A DNA stretch of 64,000 nt from Candidatus Amesbacteria bacterium RIFOXYB1_FULL_44_23 (GCA_001773775.1 MEXR01000032.1:7266-71265), one strand, 5' to 3'; shown: positions 1 through 10,179, counted from the stretch's first letter. Notes: generated by a model not told the origin, from the letters alone. Program-made: numbers and translations.

Positions 1-1800
1 GGCTTCGGGGTAGGTTTCGGATATTTTAAGGCTTCCGAAAAAAGCTGCGGCGCAAACCCCGGCAATTCTGGTGAGATACACGGCAGTTGTTTCAAGGTCA
101 CTAAGAAGCCGACCTTTATGTCTTCTCAGGCCAAAAGCTTCATAGGTAGTGGGTGTTTCGTGGGGCCAGAGTTTTTTGAGTTTCTGAACAATTTGTTCCA
201 GTGAGGCCGGTTGGGGACCGACTTTTAGATCGGCTTTTTCTAAAGCGGCGTCGATTATTTTAGGCACCAGAACCGAGTTGTCGTAGCAATCAATTTCTTG
301 GGATTTGGGTGTGGTTAGGGAGTAGAATTTGGCGAGCCGGTCGGAGGATGAGAAGGGCGGGTTGTCCGAGAAGGCGAAATCGGTGTTGCGATCGCTGACT
401 GAAAAGGCCGAAGTCAGAATATCCTGAGCGGCAAATTTCAGAAGATGCTGGAACGAGTTTGGGTTTTGACGAACAGCATCGAATAGGAGATCTCTGAATT
501 CATAGAAACGAAGATGGTTAATCCATCTTAAACTGGGCAGCTGAGCCAGTTGTAACAGATTAGTATCTGAAAGACGATTAAGGTATGCGTGGTTAGTCGT
601 CCGGGCTTTGGCAGGTAAATTCGGATCGGCAGAAAACAAGTCGATTAGCTTTTCAATGGTTGACCTGACGGTTTGGGGCGATGCCGGAAGATGGGGCGGA
701 AGATTTTCTGCAAATTGGTCAAAAACAGAACCCCACTTCTGGGTGAAATTACGAGCGGCTGATTCCTTTTGCCGGGACAGGTTTTCTCTGGCAGATCTGA
801 CAGCAATCGGATCGGGTGGCTCGAGCAGGCCGTGTTTGCCCAGAACTGCAATTCTGGGAGAACGGAGGCTTTTTTCCAGAGCGGAGACACTGCCTGCCAG
901 TCGATTGCAGGTTTCGATATGGTCACAGGAGGGCAGATTGAGAATCAGCGGTTGGTAAGAAAAGGGTTCCGGGGGTGAGAAAAGATCCGGGCGGGTGGAA
1001 AGTATTCTATACGGGGCGATGTCTTTATACGTTTCCTGAGGAAAATGTAAGTTTATGGTTGTGATAGTTGAGAGTTTTTTTACTAGGCGTGCAAGGTCAG
1101 GGTGGTCGACGAGCTGGTTATTGTTAATAATTTCCAGCAGTCCTATGGCAGTTGATTCAGGTTTAGGCCTAAAAAAATCAGAATTTAAGGTTTCATAAAT
1201 CATGCTGGGATACACTCTGTCAATTTCGGACAGGAAAAATATGCCCTTTTTGGCTATACCGGGAAAGCGGTCATATCCGGCAAGGGTGCGGTATTTTTGT
1301 TGGGGGTGGCCAGGATCCCAGCCTGTTTCGAGTGGTCTTTGGTAGATGGAATTTGCGTCGTTGGGATTTAGGAATTCCGGAGACGAGTGAGTTAAGAGGT
1401 TGTTAGAGACAAAGTTTTGAGCGATTTTGTCACCTTGAGCCAGGCGTCCATCCCCGGTGGTTGAATAGGATCTTTCCGCACCAGAAAACAACAACAAAGC
1501 GATGTCTGTAGCCGGGTTGGTGGATGGAGGATTTGGGAGGTCGTGGTTTAAACAAAGGATGCTAACGGCCCGCATCTGTTTGAAGAGAATTTCAGCAAGC
1601 AGACCTTCTTCTATAGTAAGATTTTGGGATTGTTGTACAGATACGTATTGAAGATTCTTTCTGATAAATTGTTCAATGCGGCGGGTTTGATTTGTGTTCA
1701 TCCATTTTTCCAGTTTTTCCAAAGTGTCGGTGTTTAAAAATTCAGGAGTCAGGGGTTTGGGGGCTATTTCTTTACCGGTTGAGGCAGACTCTGTATCCAT
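1..1800 (-). CDS. Large hypothetical protein, 3'-truncated by the window edge (>=600 aa; MDTESASTGKEIAPKPLTPEFLN...)
   Basis: Manual translation from ATG at 1800 is open to position 1. Absent from the ORF track because there is no stop in the window. No recognisable motif. Confidence 0.8.
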   Translation of the reverse strand, partial: MDTESASTGKEIAPKPLTPEFLNTDTLEKLEKWMNTNQTRRIEQFIRKNLQYVSVQQSQNLTIEEGLLAEILFKQMRAVSILCLNHDLPNPPSTNPATDIALLLFSGAERSYSTTGDGRLAQGDKIAQNFVSNNLLTHSSPEFLNPNDANSIYQRPLETGWDPGHPQQKYRTLAGYDRFPGIAKKGIFFLSEIDRVYPSMIYETLNSDFFRPKPESTAIGLLEIINNNQLVDHPDLARLVKKLSTITTINLHFPQETYKDIAPYRILSTRPDLFSPPEPFSYQPLILNLPSCDHIETCNRLAGSVSALEKSLRSPRIAVLGKHGLLEPPDPIAVRSARENLSRQKESAARNFTQKWGSVFDQFAENLPPHLPASPQTVRSTIEKLIDLFSADPNLPAKARTTNHAYLNRLSDTNLLQLAQLPSLRWINHLRFYEFRDLLFDAVRQNPNSFQHLLKFAAQDILTSAFSVSDRNTDFAFSDNPPFSSSDRLAKFYSLTTPKSQEIDCYDNSVLVPKIIDAALEKADLKVGPQPASLEQIVQKLKKLWPHETPTTYEAFGLRRHKGRLLSDLETTAVYLTRIAGVCAAAFFGSLKISETYPEA

Positions 1801-1836
1801 ACCGGGATTATTTTAGCTGATGTATGATGTGAAGAC

Positions 1837-2136
1837 ATGAGGCAGAACTCGATCGGTACCTGGATTCTGAAGTTTGTTTTTTGGACTCTGCATTTAGGAT
1901 TTGTAATTTGGGTATGGAAGGTGCCACAGATTTCCGGAGGGGTGTATATGGCAAACGGAAAATTGTATGACCCCAATTTGGCAAGCTGGGGATTTAAGTC
2001 GGGTGCGGCTTTTTTGGGGATGTTTGGAGCTTTTCAGGTGGCGAAATTCAGATGGATGTGGGGACTGGGCGTTTTGGGGGTAAACATTCTTTTGATGGTC
2101 TGTTATTGGATGTTTATGCTGTCCTGGGGAGAATGA
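1837..2136 (+). CDS. Small membrane protein (about 3 TM segments)
   Basis: Hydrophobic segments; -10-like TATGAT just upstream. Confidence 0.65.
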   Translation: MRQNSIGTWILKFVFWTLHLGFVIWVWKVPQISGGVYMANGKLYDPNLASWGFKSGAAFLGMFGAFQVAKFRWMWGLGVLGVNILLMVCYWMFMLSWGE

Positions 2137-2221
2137 CTGTGGTAAGGCTGGCGACTTTGGAAGGGCGGATATTGTGGGGTATGAATGTGGATTAGTAAAG
2201 ATGTTAGGATATAATATTGCG

Positions 2222-2776
2222 ATGGCAAATTCCGAAAAAAGAGACAGAATAAGCAGAATCGAGGCGCTACAAGAGTTGTGGCAACATTCCCGGAGAGTAG
2301 GAAAGCTGGCGGTGACTTTGGGGGGCAAATTTAGTTTGAAAAAGGGCGAATTGGAAGTTTTGGAGAGAGCGGCAAAGTTGCACGATGTGGGAAAGTTATT
2401 GATGATTAGACTGGTGTCCGGCAATGGCAGTTTAACCGCAAAAGAGAGAGAAAAACTTAGATATCATCCGGCCCTGGGAGTGTTACTGGTAGGACTATGG
2501 TTAGGTTCGACCGGAAGAGAGGTTGTAATGCAGCACCATGAACAACCAAACGGTTTAGGTTACCCGCGCGGTTTACGAGAAGATCAAATACACCCACTTG
2601 CAGGAATACTTGCAGTGGCAGACCATTATGATGCATTGGCTAGCGACCGGTGTTATCGAAAGCGATTTAAGTTATCCAAGGTGATACAAATGTTAGAGGA
2701 CGAAGCGGCACTGGGAATTTTAAACCCAGGGGTGGTGGAAAAAGCGGTTAAGCTGTGGGGAAACGGAGTTAGATAA
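2222..2776 (+). CDS. HD-GYP domain phosphodiesterase (stand-alone)
   Basis: H...LHDVGK, HHEQPNGLGYPRGL, ILAVADHYDAL and DRCYRK motifs; TATAAT just before ATG 2222. Confidence 0.9.
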   Translation: MANSEKRDRISRIEALQELWQHSRRVGKLAVTLGGKFSLKKGELEVLERAAKLHDVGKLLMIRLVSGNGSLTAKEREKLRYHPALGVLLVGLWLGSTGREVVMQHHEQPNGLGYPRGLREDQIHPLAGILAVADHYDALASDRCYRKRFKLSKVIQMLEDEAALGILNPGVVEKAVKLWGNGVR

Positions 2777-3194
2777 CCTTAACGCCCATTGATCTAGCGG
2801 TTCCGGATACGGATTTGATGGCGGCTTCCAGGGTGTCACAGTTCATATCTCCCAATTTCTTTTGGGCAATTTCTTTGATTTGTTCCTGGGTGATATTGCC
2901 GGCAGTTTCCCGACCCGGTTTTTTGGCGGCCAATTCAAGCCCTAAAGCCTTTTTGATCAAAGCGGAAACCGGTGGAAGTTTGGTGACAAAAGTGAAGCTG
3001 CGATCTTCATAGACGGTGATAACAGCCGGAATAATGTCACCTTTCTGATCCTTGGTTTTGTCATTGTATTGTTTGACAAAATCCATGATGGCAATACCGT
3101 GCTGACCTAAAGCCGGACCTACCGGAGGAGCAGGGGTAGCGGAACCTGCCGGAAGGTTTAACTTTAAAACGACTTTAACTTTTTTGGGTGCCAT
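2769..3194 (-). CDS. rplK: 50S ribosomal protein L11
   Basis: AGSATPAPPVGPALGQHG...GTARSMGVKV. Confidence 0.98.
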   Translation of the reverse strand: MAPKKVKVVLKLNLPAGSATPAPPVGPALGQHGIAIMDFVKQYNDKTKDQKGDIIPAVITVYEDRSFTFVTKLPPVSALIKKALGLELAAKKPGRETAGNITQEQIKEIAQKKLGDMNCDTLEAAIKSVSGTARSMGVKVI

Positions 3195-3199
3195 AGTGT

Positions 3200-3421
3200 T
3201 TAAGGAAGGGTAATTGACGACATATAAGAGCAAGTTCCATTTTTGGTTACTTCAGTTTTCAGGGTTTGGGGCGAGAGAGGGTGTCCAGGTTGTTTGGAGG
3301 CACAAAAAAAATTATTTAGGACTTTTAGAGGGAGAGCTTCTAAATCATATTGATGTCCATTAAACATACATCCTTCACATTGAGCGGAGACGAATTTGGA
3401 TAGTTCGAGTAGGGTTGGCAT
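3200..3421 (-). CDS. Small Cys/His-rich hypothetical protein
   Basis: CEGC...FC...HP...C; fills the space between nusG and rplK. Confidence 0.55.
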   Translation of the reverse strand: MPTLLELSKFVSAQCEGCMFNGHQYDLEALPLKVLNNFFCASKQPGHPLSPQTLKTEVTKNGTCSYMSSITLP

Positions 3422-3430
3422 GGGCTTAGA

Positions 3431-3649
3431 TTATATACTAAATCTATTCGTCTGATTACGATGGTCTTCTGTCGACGTCTGTGGGATCTGTCTTTTAAAA
3501 GCACATCGGTTACAATTTTGACTTAGGTGTTTCTTAAGTTGCTCTGGCGTTTGAGGCCTGTTTGATCTAGGAGAACCGCAGAACTCCGGGCGACCGGTGG
3601 TTTCTGGAGTGTAACTACAATCTGAGCAAACGGTTTCTGTGTAGGCCAT
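3431..3649 (-). CDS. Small Cys-rich hypothetical protein (possible Zn binder)
   Basis: CSDC...FC...CNRC; starts 6 nt after the nusG stop. Confidence 0.6.
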   Translation of the reverse strand: MAYTETVCSDCSYTPETTGRPEFCGSPRSNRPQTPEQLKKHLSQNCNRCAFKRQIPQTSTEDHRNQTNRFSI

Positions 3650-3655
3650 AGTATT

Positions 3656-4342
3656 CTAGATCTTTTTAACTTGCAGGAAATCTAACTCTACCGGGGTTTC
3701 GCGGCCAAAGATGGAGACCAGGACGCGAAGCTTACCTGAGGCTTCATCAATGCTTTCGATTGAACCCAGGAAGTCGGCAAAGGGACCATCGGTAATTTTG
3801 ACGGCTTCACCAACACTGAAGTTGGCTTTGTACTTGGGAGCTCCGATGGAAGCAAATTGCATGATGGCTTCAACTTCGGTGGTGGAGAGGGGGGTGGGTT
3901 TGCTACCAACGCCGACAAATCCGGTAACACCGGCGGTGGTTCTGACTACCAGCCAGGAATCATCGTCCAACAGCATTTTGACCAGCAGATATCCGGGAAA
4001 GATTTTTTCCTTGACCGAAGATTTTTTGCCGTGCCTGATTTGGATCTTGTCCTGAGTGGGGATGAGAACTTCAAAAACTTTGTCGGTGTGACCCAGGGTA
4101 GAGACTCTTTGGCGCAGGGTTTCGGCAACCCGGGCCTCGTGGCCGGAGTAGGTATGGACGACATACCAATGAGCTTTCTTGCCTTCAGGAAGATTTTTTT
4201 CCTCACTGATGATGATATGTCCCGGGATGACTTTTGAACCTAAACCTCTTTCAGTGACACTGCTGGCCGGAGCCGGAGTGTTGGTGACAGGCGGGGTTTG
4301 AGCTGAAGTATCGGATTGAGGATCAAAAATTGAATCTGGCAT
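3656..4342 (-). CDS. nusG: Transcription termination/antitermination factor NusG
   Basis: WYVVHTYSGHE, FPGYLLV, TAGVTGFVG, KOW domain GPFADF...FGRETPVELDF. Confidence 0.97.
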   Translation of the reverse strand: MPDSIFDPQSDTSAQTPPVTNTPAPASSVTERGLGSKVIPGHIIISEEKNLPEGKKAHWYVVHTYSGHEARVAETLRQRVSTLGHTDKVFEVLIPTQDKIQIRHGKKSSVKEKIFPGYLLVKMLLDDDSWLVVRTTAGVTGFVGVGSKPTPLSTTEVEAIMQFASIGAPKYKANFSVGEAVKITDGPFADFLGSIESIDEASGKLRVLVSIFGRETPVELDFLQVKKI

Positions 4343-4343
4343 A

Positions 4344-4526
4344 TTATTGGGTGGTAACTAGTTTTAACAAGTTGGTAAAAACAAAATCTAAACCTCCGAC
4401 ATAGGCTCCTACAAAAAGAGAAATGCCGAGAACTATGATGGTCAGATTAATGGTTTGCTGGCGGGTGGGCCAGGTGACCAATTTTAGTTCAGAGACGGTA
4501 TCTTTAAAATAAGAGACAAGATTCAT
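4344..4526 (-). CDS. secE: Preprotein translocase subunit SecE
   Basis: ELKLVTWPTR motif plus a single TM helix; directly upstream of nusG. Confidence 0.95.
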   Translation of the reverse strand: MNLVSYFKDTVSELKLVTWPTRQQTINLTIIVLGISLFVGAYVGGLDFVFTNLLKLVTTQ

Positions 4527-4605
4527 TGGATGATTGTACCAACAAAAAAGAGTCTTAGCGACTCGTGTCAAGGATTGTAGCACTTAAAACGGGGGGATTC
4601 AATAT

Positions 4606-5073
4606 TCAAACTGCTAGGGCTGGGGAGGGGGTAGTTTGTTCGGGGTGATCGGGTTGGGGCGGATCGGCAACTGCTTTTTGTGTGACCGGAAGTTCTTTTT
4701 TGATGCGGTTGGCCACTTCTTCAATGCTGAACGGAACAGCTCCCGTTTCGGAAGCTCGGTCTGGGCAATCGATAAATTTCCAGACTCCGGCTGCGGCACA
4801 GTACAGGGTGTCTTTTGAACCTTTTGATCTAAGATACGGACAAACTCTGATACAGGGACGTTCGTCAATTAAAACATCGGGATCGGCCTCAATAACCGGA
4901 ATTTGCGGAAATATAGGACAACTGGCTATTCTGAACAGACCGATCGCCCTCATAGCATCTGCGTTGCTGGTTTGAAGAGTTTTAAGGTAGGCTTCGGTAA
5001 TTTGGGCGGGTGGGAATTGGGCAATCATCTTTAATTCAAGATGCAAGTTGCGAAGTTGCTCTTCTGAGGCCAT
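4606..5073 (-). CDS. Cys-rich hypothetical protein
   Basis: CPIF...CIRVCPY...YC...DCP. Confidence 0.6.
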   Translation of the reverse strand: MASEEQLRNLHLELKMIAQFPPAQITEAYLKTLQTSNADAMRAIGLFRIASCPIFPQIPVIEADPDVLIDERPCIRVCPYLRSKGSKDTLYCAAAGVWKFIDCPDRASETGAVPFSIEEVANRIKKELPVTQKAVADPPQPDHPEQTTPSPALAV

Positions 5074-5106
5074 TTGATCGGATGATATTGCCTGATGATC
5101 ACAATG

Positions 5107-6138
5107 TCAATTGGGTTGCATTTGCAGCTGAGACCACCAGTTGGAGAGCCAAGCGAAGGCGGTGATTTCGGTAAGGGAAGACTGGGTGAATGTTTCCGTA
5201 AAGGTGACGGCGGGTGGAGCGCTGATGGTTTTTTCGACGTGGGGGCCGAAAGATTTACCACAGTGGGGACACGGGTCGTGGCCAAAAGTGAGAACGGTAC
5301 CAATTTCCCGGCAACAAAGCGGACATCCTATGCAAAATACTTCCTGACCGATATGGAAATCGTAGGAGGCGGAAGTGGAAACGTAGACTGAGTTTGATTC
5401 CCCGCATCCGGAACCGGAAAAATCCATTGATTGACCTGAGATACTTACCATCTGGGTTTCGGCCTGAGCCCCAACCCGGTGCGGGGAGACGTCTTTAGCT
5501 AAATCAGCCTGAATGGCGATGGCAACCGGAATCATGTCTTGAGTGAGCTTTTGGCAACGGTTTTTAATTTCTCCGGAGTTGATTTGGCCCCAGACTTCGT
5601 CTGGTAAGTCGATCCAACGTTGAGCCAGTTTGCAAAGGTCTGTTGGGGAAGATGACGTAACGGAAAGAGGGGTCATGGCGGCGTCCTGGTTATGCAGGGG
5701 GGGGAGGTTTTTGGTGTCTGAAATGAGGGCAAATTGGTTAAGTCTGGCTTCGGTTTTTTGGGGGGATTCGTGGCGAAGCGGAATTCCGTAGGCGTCAAAA
5801 GTAACGGCGCCGTTTTGGTTTTTGACAAAATACAAATCGAGCCGGCCTTCAGGAAAATTGCTGGCCGGGCTGACCAGAATTACCAGTCGGTGTCGGTTGT
5901 CAGGGGTGCTTTGAATATGTCTTTCCAGATCCAGGGCAGCCAGAGAAGCATCAAAATCCGGTTTTTTAGTACTCAGGTTTTGGGGCAGACGGTTAAACCA
6001 CCAGATGCGATTCGGATCAATGTCTTTGTTAGTAGAAGCGGCTTCTACATTGAGCGAGGCGACGTCTGAGCTAACTTCTTCAAGAGGGGACGATCGGTAT
6101 AGGGAAACGTCGAGAGCGACGCGGGATTCGTTTGACAT
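5107..6138 (-). CDS. Hypothetical protein with C-terminal zinc ribbon
   Basis: CIGCPLC...CPHCG near the C-terminus. Confidence 0.7.
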   Translation of the reverse strand: MSNESRVALDVSLYRSSPLEEVSSDVASLNVEAASTNKDIDPNRIWWFNRLPQNLSTKKPDFDASLAALDLERHIQSTPDNRHRLVILVSPASNFPEGRLDLYFVKNQNGAVTFDAYGIPLRHESPQKTEARLNQFALISDTKNLPPLHNQDAAMTPLSVTSSSPTDLCKLAQRWIDLPDEVWGQINSGEIKNRCQKLTQDMIPVAIAIQADLAKDVSPHRVGAQAETQMVSISGQSMDFSGSGCGESNSVYVSTSASYDFHIGQEVFCIGCPLCCREIGTVLTFGHDPCPHCGKSFGPHVEKTISAPPAVTFTETFTQSSLTEITAFAWLSNWWSQLQMQPN

Positions 6139-6277
6139 AGATTTTCCTGCTCGGGAACAGTGAACCATTAGTTTTCTGACTTTACAGTTGCGGCACAGTG
6201 GAGGAATTTCACCTCACTTCCTGAAACATGGTTTGGGGACTATATTTGCGGATTCGGGGTAGAATGTCAAGAAGAAA

Positions 6278-6607
6278 ATGAACGCAGAAAACAGCCGTTA
6301 TTTGCTATGTTGTTGCGGAAGTAAGCTGAAATGTCCGACTTCGGTTCTGATAACCAGCATCTGGAAAGATGACGGACTGTGTACAGCTAACTGTCAAAGA
6401 AAAATCGACCAGGGATGGGTAGGCGAAGTTGAGCCGGTGGAAATACTACCAAACAGTGAAGGGAAGGAAGTGGCGGTGTGTGTTTTTGGAAGAATGTATG
6501 TTTTGGAGTGGAAAACTATTGGGTTTTGCGGTCTGCTGCCAGAAGAGGTTTTAGAACCCGGGCAAGTTTTGCCGGATCGTGACGGATGCGATACAGTGTC
6601 GGAGTGA
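6278..6607 (+). CDS. Cys-rich hypothetical protein (convergent overlap with yvcK 3' end)
   Basis: CCCGSKLKC...CTANC; about 90 nt overlap lowers confidence. Confidence 0.4.
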   Translation: MNAENSRYLLCCCGSKLKCPTSVLITSIWKDDGLCTANCQRKIDQGWVGEVEPVEILPNSEGKEVAVCVFGRMYVLEWKTIGFCGLLPEEVLEPGQVLPDRDGCDTVSE

Positions 6608-7547
6608 TGCTGAAGACGTCTGCTTTAACAGGGGTAATATCGGATTTGATAAGTTCCTGAAGCTGAGAGTCGGTCCAGCCCAGAAAGTGTGAATGTTCGG
6701 CGGCGTAAGTGTCGGCTACTTTGGGATACTTGGTATCAAATTGATTTTCGGTAAGATGGGGACAGATAAAATAATCAAACGGATGTTTGAGCTTAGTGTA
6801 TTTTTGGAAAAGTCGAAGAAAATCGGCAGGTGAGAAACGATGAGTCTGGTTGCGGTTGGAAACCAAATTACTAACAAAAATGGTGGTGGCCTTTGAGGAC
6901 TTTAAGGCCGAAGTGATGCCGGTGGGAAGAAGATTACTGATAACCGATCCGTAGATACTGCCGGGGCTGTAAATGATGTGAGTAGCCTCCTGGATGGCGG
7001 TGACGGCTTGTTTGGTTGCTTTAACCGGGCGATCCAGCCAAATGTGAGTGATGACATTGGTGGAGAGGGACTGTTTGTCCAATTCATGTTCGCCGCAGAA
7101 AGTGTTGCCCAGCGAAGTGCTAAAACACAAATTGGCTGGTTCTGAGGTAATGGGAATGGCAGTACCCTGGAAGTGGATACCCAACAGTTGTTCTAAGTGG
7201 GATTGAACTTTTATAAAATCACCGTGGTATTTTTCCAGGAGAGCGTAGTAGATGGTGTAGCCGAGGTTACGGTTGCGGCCGTCGGTAAAGCTGACCAGGT
7301 CAATAAAAGATGAGACCTGTTCCAGATGATTTTGCTTGTCAGAAACCAAAGCCAGCAGGTTTCTAAGTAAGTCGGAAATGGCAATTACCCGGTCTCGTTC
7401 ATCGCTTCTGATAACACCGGTTTTACCGCCGCTGTCAGTGGAGGCTGAGACGGCTGAAATGTCAGTAAATCCAGCCATGGCCAGGGATTTGAGGATGGTA
7501 GGGGATCCGGTGCCGCCGCCTATAGTGACAATTTTAGTAGTTTTCAT
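6516..7547 (-). CDS. yvcK: YvcK/GlmR-family (CofD-like) UDP-GlcNAc-binding protein
   Basis: IVTIGGGTG, DSGGKTG, GEHELD, PGSIYGSVISNL, RHDPAKLA. Confidence 0.88.
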   Translation of the reverse strand: MKTTKIVTIGGGTGSPTILKSLAMAGFTDISAVSASTDSGGKTGVIRSDERDRVIAISDLLRNLLALVSDKQNHLEQVSSFIDLVSFTDGRNRNLGYTIYYALLEKYHGDFIKVQSHLEQLLGIHFQGTAIPITSEPANLCFSTSLGNTFCGEHELDKQSLSTNVITHIWLDRPVKATKQAVTAIQEATHIIYSPGSIYGSVISNLLPTGITSALKSSKATTIFVSNLVSNRNQTHRFSPADFLRLFQKYTKLKHPFDYFICPHLTENQFDTKYPKVADTYAAEHSHFLGWTDSQLQELIKSDITPVKADVFSITPTLYRIRHDPAKLARVLKPLLAADRKTQ

Positions 7548-7553
7548 TCAAAA

Positions 7554-7757
7554 TCAGGGTTTGTTGCCTAAGACAAATCTAAGCGTTTCTTTCTTTTCTG
7601 CTTGGAATTCTGGCTTCTTCATAATTCTGAGCGCATTTTGGCGATGCCTTTCGGCGCTTTTTTCGTCACCTCTCAACTCCGCTTCCAGAGCCATACCAAG
7701 CTCTAACTGAGCTTTTTCTTCTGCCGTGGAGGGAGGCGCTAAGAATTCGCTTCTCAT
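7554..7757 (-). CDS. Hypothetical protein
   Basis: Helical 67-aa ORF in tandem with neighbours. Confidence 0.5.
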   Translation of the reverse strand: MRSEFLAPPSTAEEKAQLELGMALEAELRGDEKSAERHRQNALRIMKKPEFQAEKKETLRFVLGNKP

Positions 7758-7770
7758 AATGGTGATGATA

Positions 7771-7992
7771 CTACTTGGAATCAACTTTGGGGGTGGTTGA
7801 GTGGGAGTCGGTGGTAGTAGTACCCAGGACTTTTAAGTTTTGACGACGATTGTTTAGAGTTAGGGCGGTGTATGAGATGACGATAGTTAAGGCCAGAAGT
7901 GAAACCATGGCCAGGCTAAAAGAGGCGCGGTGAATCAGCCGCCAGTCAGATGAGCGCATATAGAATTTAGGCTGAGGGAAATCTTCGTACAT
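7771..7992 (-). CDS. Small single-TM protein
   Basis: One TM segment followed by 'KVLGT'; TATAAT upstream. Confidence 0.6.
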   Translation of the reverse strand: MYEDFPQPKFYMRSSDWRLIHRASFSLAMVSLLALTIVISYTALTLNNRRQNLKVLGTTTTDSHSTTPKVDSK

Positions 7993-8021
7993 GCGGTGAT
8001 ATTATATACCCAGGGTGAAAT

Positions 8022-8867
8022 ATGTTAGGAAAAAGAATAAAACTGGCGGTTGAACATGAGTGGGACTTTTTAGGATCAAAACAAAGCTATCGAAAGCTGG
8101 GGCAAGGTCTGCCGGTAGTTTTGTTGCACGGATCGATGGTGGCTGACCCCTGGGACGGATTTGAAAAACGGCTGGCGGAGCATTTTGAAGTGTATGTGCC
8201 GGATTTGCCAGGTTTCGGGGCTTCGGATGCGATTGAAGGCCGGGTGCATGACACACAATTTTTTTCTGAGGCTTTAGCTGAGTTTTTGAAACACAGTAAA
8301 TTGGAGCAGGCGCCAATAATCGCTTTTTCTCTGGGGGCGGTGGTAGCAGTGAAGACGGCATCGGGCGGAGGGACTTTGGGAAAGCTAATACTGGTGGGGC
8401 TACCCATCAGACTTGAAAGTAAACTATTGGATCAAATTTGCCGGATGCCGCTTATTGCCAGACGGGTACTGGCAACTGATGAACTAACCCGAGGAGGCGT
8501 ACTTCTGGCAATACTAAAAGACGTAATCGGGATTACGGAAGCTAAATTTTTGCCGAAATATTTAAATTTGCTGCGCACAACCGACGTGCGGGCGATGGTG
8601 GACACGGATCTGATTTCAGAAGTGGAGAAAGAGTTGCCGTGGTATTTAAACCGGATAACTAATCCGGTTTGGTTTGTCTACGGAGAACATGACAAGCTGA
8701 AAAACGGAGCCGAGAAGTGGCTACAACGGCGGATAATGGTGGTTAAGGGAGCCGGGCATGATGTATTTATCGGGCGGCCCGAGGCCACTCTGACACTAAT
8801 TAGAAGGATTTTGGAAAAACAACAAAGTCTTTGGGACAAAATCAGGAGGTGGTGGAATGGGGCGTAA
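8022..8867 (+). CDS. Alpha/beta hydrolase
   Basis: LLHG, PDLPGFGAS, nucleophile elbow AFSLG, YGEHD, GAGH. Confidence 0.9.
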   Translation: MLGKRIKLAVEHEWDFLGSKQSYRKLGQGLPVVLLHGSMVADPWDGFEKRLAEHFEVYVPDLPGFGASDAIEGRVHDTQFFSEALAEFLKHSKLEQAPIIAFSLGAVVAVKTASGGGTLGKLILVGLPIRLESKLLDQICRMPLIARRVLATDELTRGGVLLAILKDVIGITEAKFLPKYLNLLRTTDVRAMVDTDLISEVEKELPWYLNRITNPVWFVYGEHDKLKNGAEKWLQRRIMVVKGAGHDVFIGRPEATLTLIRRILEKQQSLWDKIRRWWNGA

Positions 8868-10179
8868 AGTTTTTATTGCAATATTGATTTTGGGATTTTT
8901 GGTGTGGGTGCATACCCGGGGGTTTGTAGTCGGGGATGAGGGATATTTATTAAATGCCGGAGCCCGGATGATGGATGGTCAATGGCCGTATCGGGATTTT
9001 CAATTTGTGTATCAGCCATTAACGGCTTATTTAAATTTTTTGGCGTTTAAGTTTTGGGGAGTAAGTATTTTGTCGTCGCGGGTAATGGCGATTTTAGTCA
9101 GCGGTCTGGGAGTCGTGGCAATTTTTAAAATATTTGGACAAACCAAGTGGGGGATAGCGGTAGTGGTGAGTTACTTACTGTGGGGTCCGGGACAAATTAA
9201 TTTTTTGGCCCCGACAATGATTTGTTTGGCGTTGGGACTATGGCATGTGTGGGGGCTTAAAAATGGAAAATGGATGCTGGTTGGAGTAACAGCCGGACTG
9301 GTAATTCTGACTAAACAAAATTTCGGACTGGCCATTTTGTTACTTGATTTGTTCTATATAAAAAGGTTTGTAACAGGCTATTTCTACGGTTTATTGGGTA
9401 TTATTCTTGCGCATAGTGTAATTCTTTTTTTGACCGGTTCAATGATGATGTACCTGGTTGAATTGTATGAAACGACAGTAGTTAAAATCGGACTGAAAGG
9501 AATCTTTACCACCGCCTGGCCATGGGAGTATCCGCAACCATTAATTATCAAATTGGTTAAGACAGCAATCTATGCAGTTCCGGCTATTTTGGCGGTTAAG
9601 GAACTTAGAAACGACAAAGTATTGGCATTGTTGGTATTGGCATTTTACGGACTGAGCATTAGACCGACCACTGACTGGATCCATCTGACCCCCTTACTGG
9701 CAATCAGCGGCCTTTTAATTTCTGGGAAATACAGAACGTGGTTTATGGCTGGTTGGATTGCTGCTGGAGTATTGGTTTTGGGGTACGGAGGATATTACAA
9801 GTGGGGGAAACCGATTGTTGAGCAAACGGTGGTTTGGAAAATCGGGTTAGAAGTTCCGGAGCTGGCCAGTGAGAAATATGTTTTTATTTATAGCTACAGC
9901 CCGGGATGGTATGTAGTGTTGGGGAAACAAAATCCAACCCCTTACGACTATCTGCATTCAGGAATATTGGACACCAAAATTGAGAGGAGAGTAATCGGTG
10001 AATTGCTGGTTAATAAAGTTCAATACGTACTGGCTGACGGGCAATTGGAGGCTGATAGATCAAGGATTGCCGAGTTTGTGGTAGCCAATTACAGTAAAGT
10101 AGCGGTGGTTGAGAATCTGACACTATGGAAATCAAATTCAGTTTTGTATGCACTGGAAACGGGGACTAATAGTAGGTGA
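8857..10179 (+). CDS. Polytopic membrane protein, GT-C/ArnT-like glycosyltransferase
   Basis: GDEG...GQWPYRDF...YQPL, many TM helices, TKQNFG. Confidence 0.7.
   Translation: MGRKVFIAILILGFLVWVHTRGFVVGDEGYLLNAGARMMDGQWPYRDFQFVYQPLTAYLNFLAFKFWGVSILSSRVMAILVSGLGVVAIFKIFGQTKWGIAVVVSYLLWGPGQINFLAPTMICLALGLWHVWGLKNGKWMLVGVTAGLVILTKQNFGLAILLLDLFYIKRFVTGYFYGLLGIILAHSVILFLTGSMMMYLVELYETTVVKIGLKGIFTTAWPWEYPQPLIIKLVKTAIYAVPAILAVKELRNDKVLALLVLAFYGLSIRPTTDWIHLTPLLAISGLLISGKYRTWFMAGWIAAGVLVLGYGGYYKWGKPIVEQTVVWKIGLEVPELASEKYVFIYSYSPGWYVVLGKQNPTPYDYLHSGILDTKIERRVIGELLVNKVQYVLADGQLEADRSRIAEFVVANYSKVAVVENLTLWKSNSVLYALETGTNSR

Noticed and set aside
608-978. Short track ORFs at 608-978 and other antisense ORFs nested in long genes
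   Set aside because: They overlap longer, better-supported CDSs and have no motifs.
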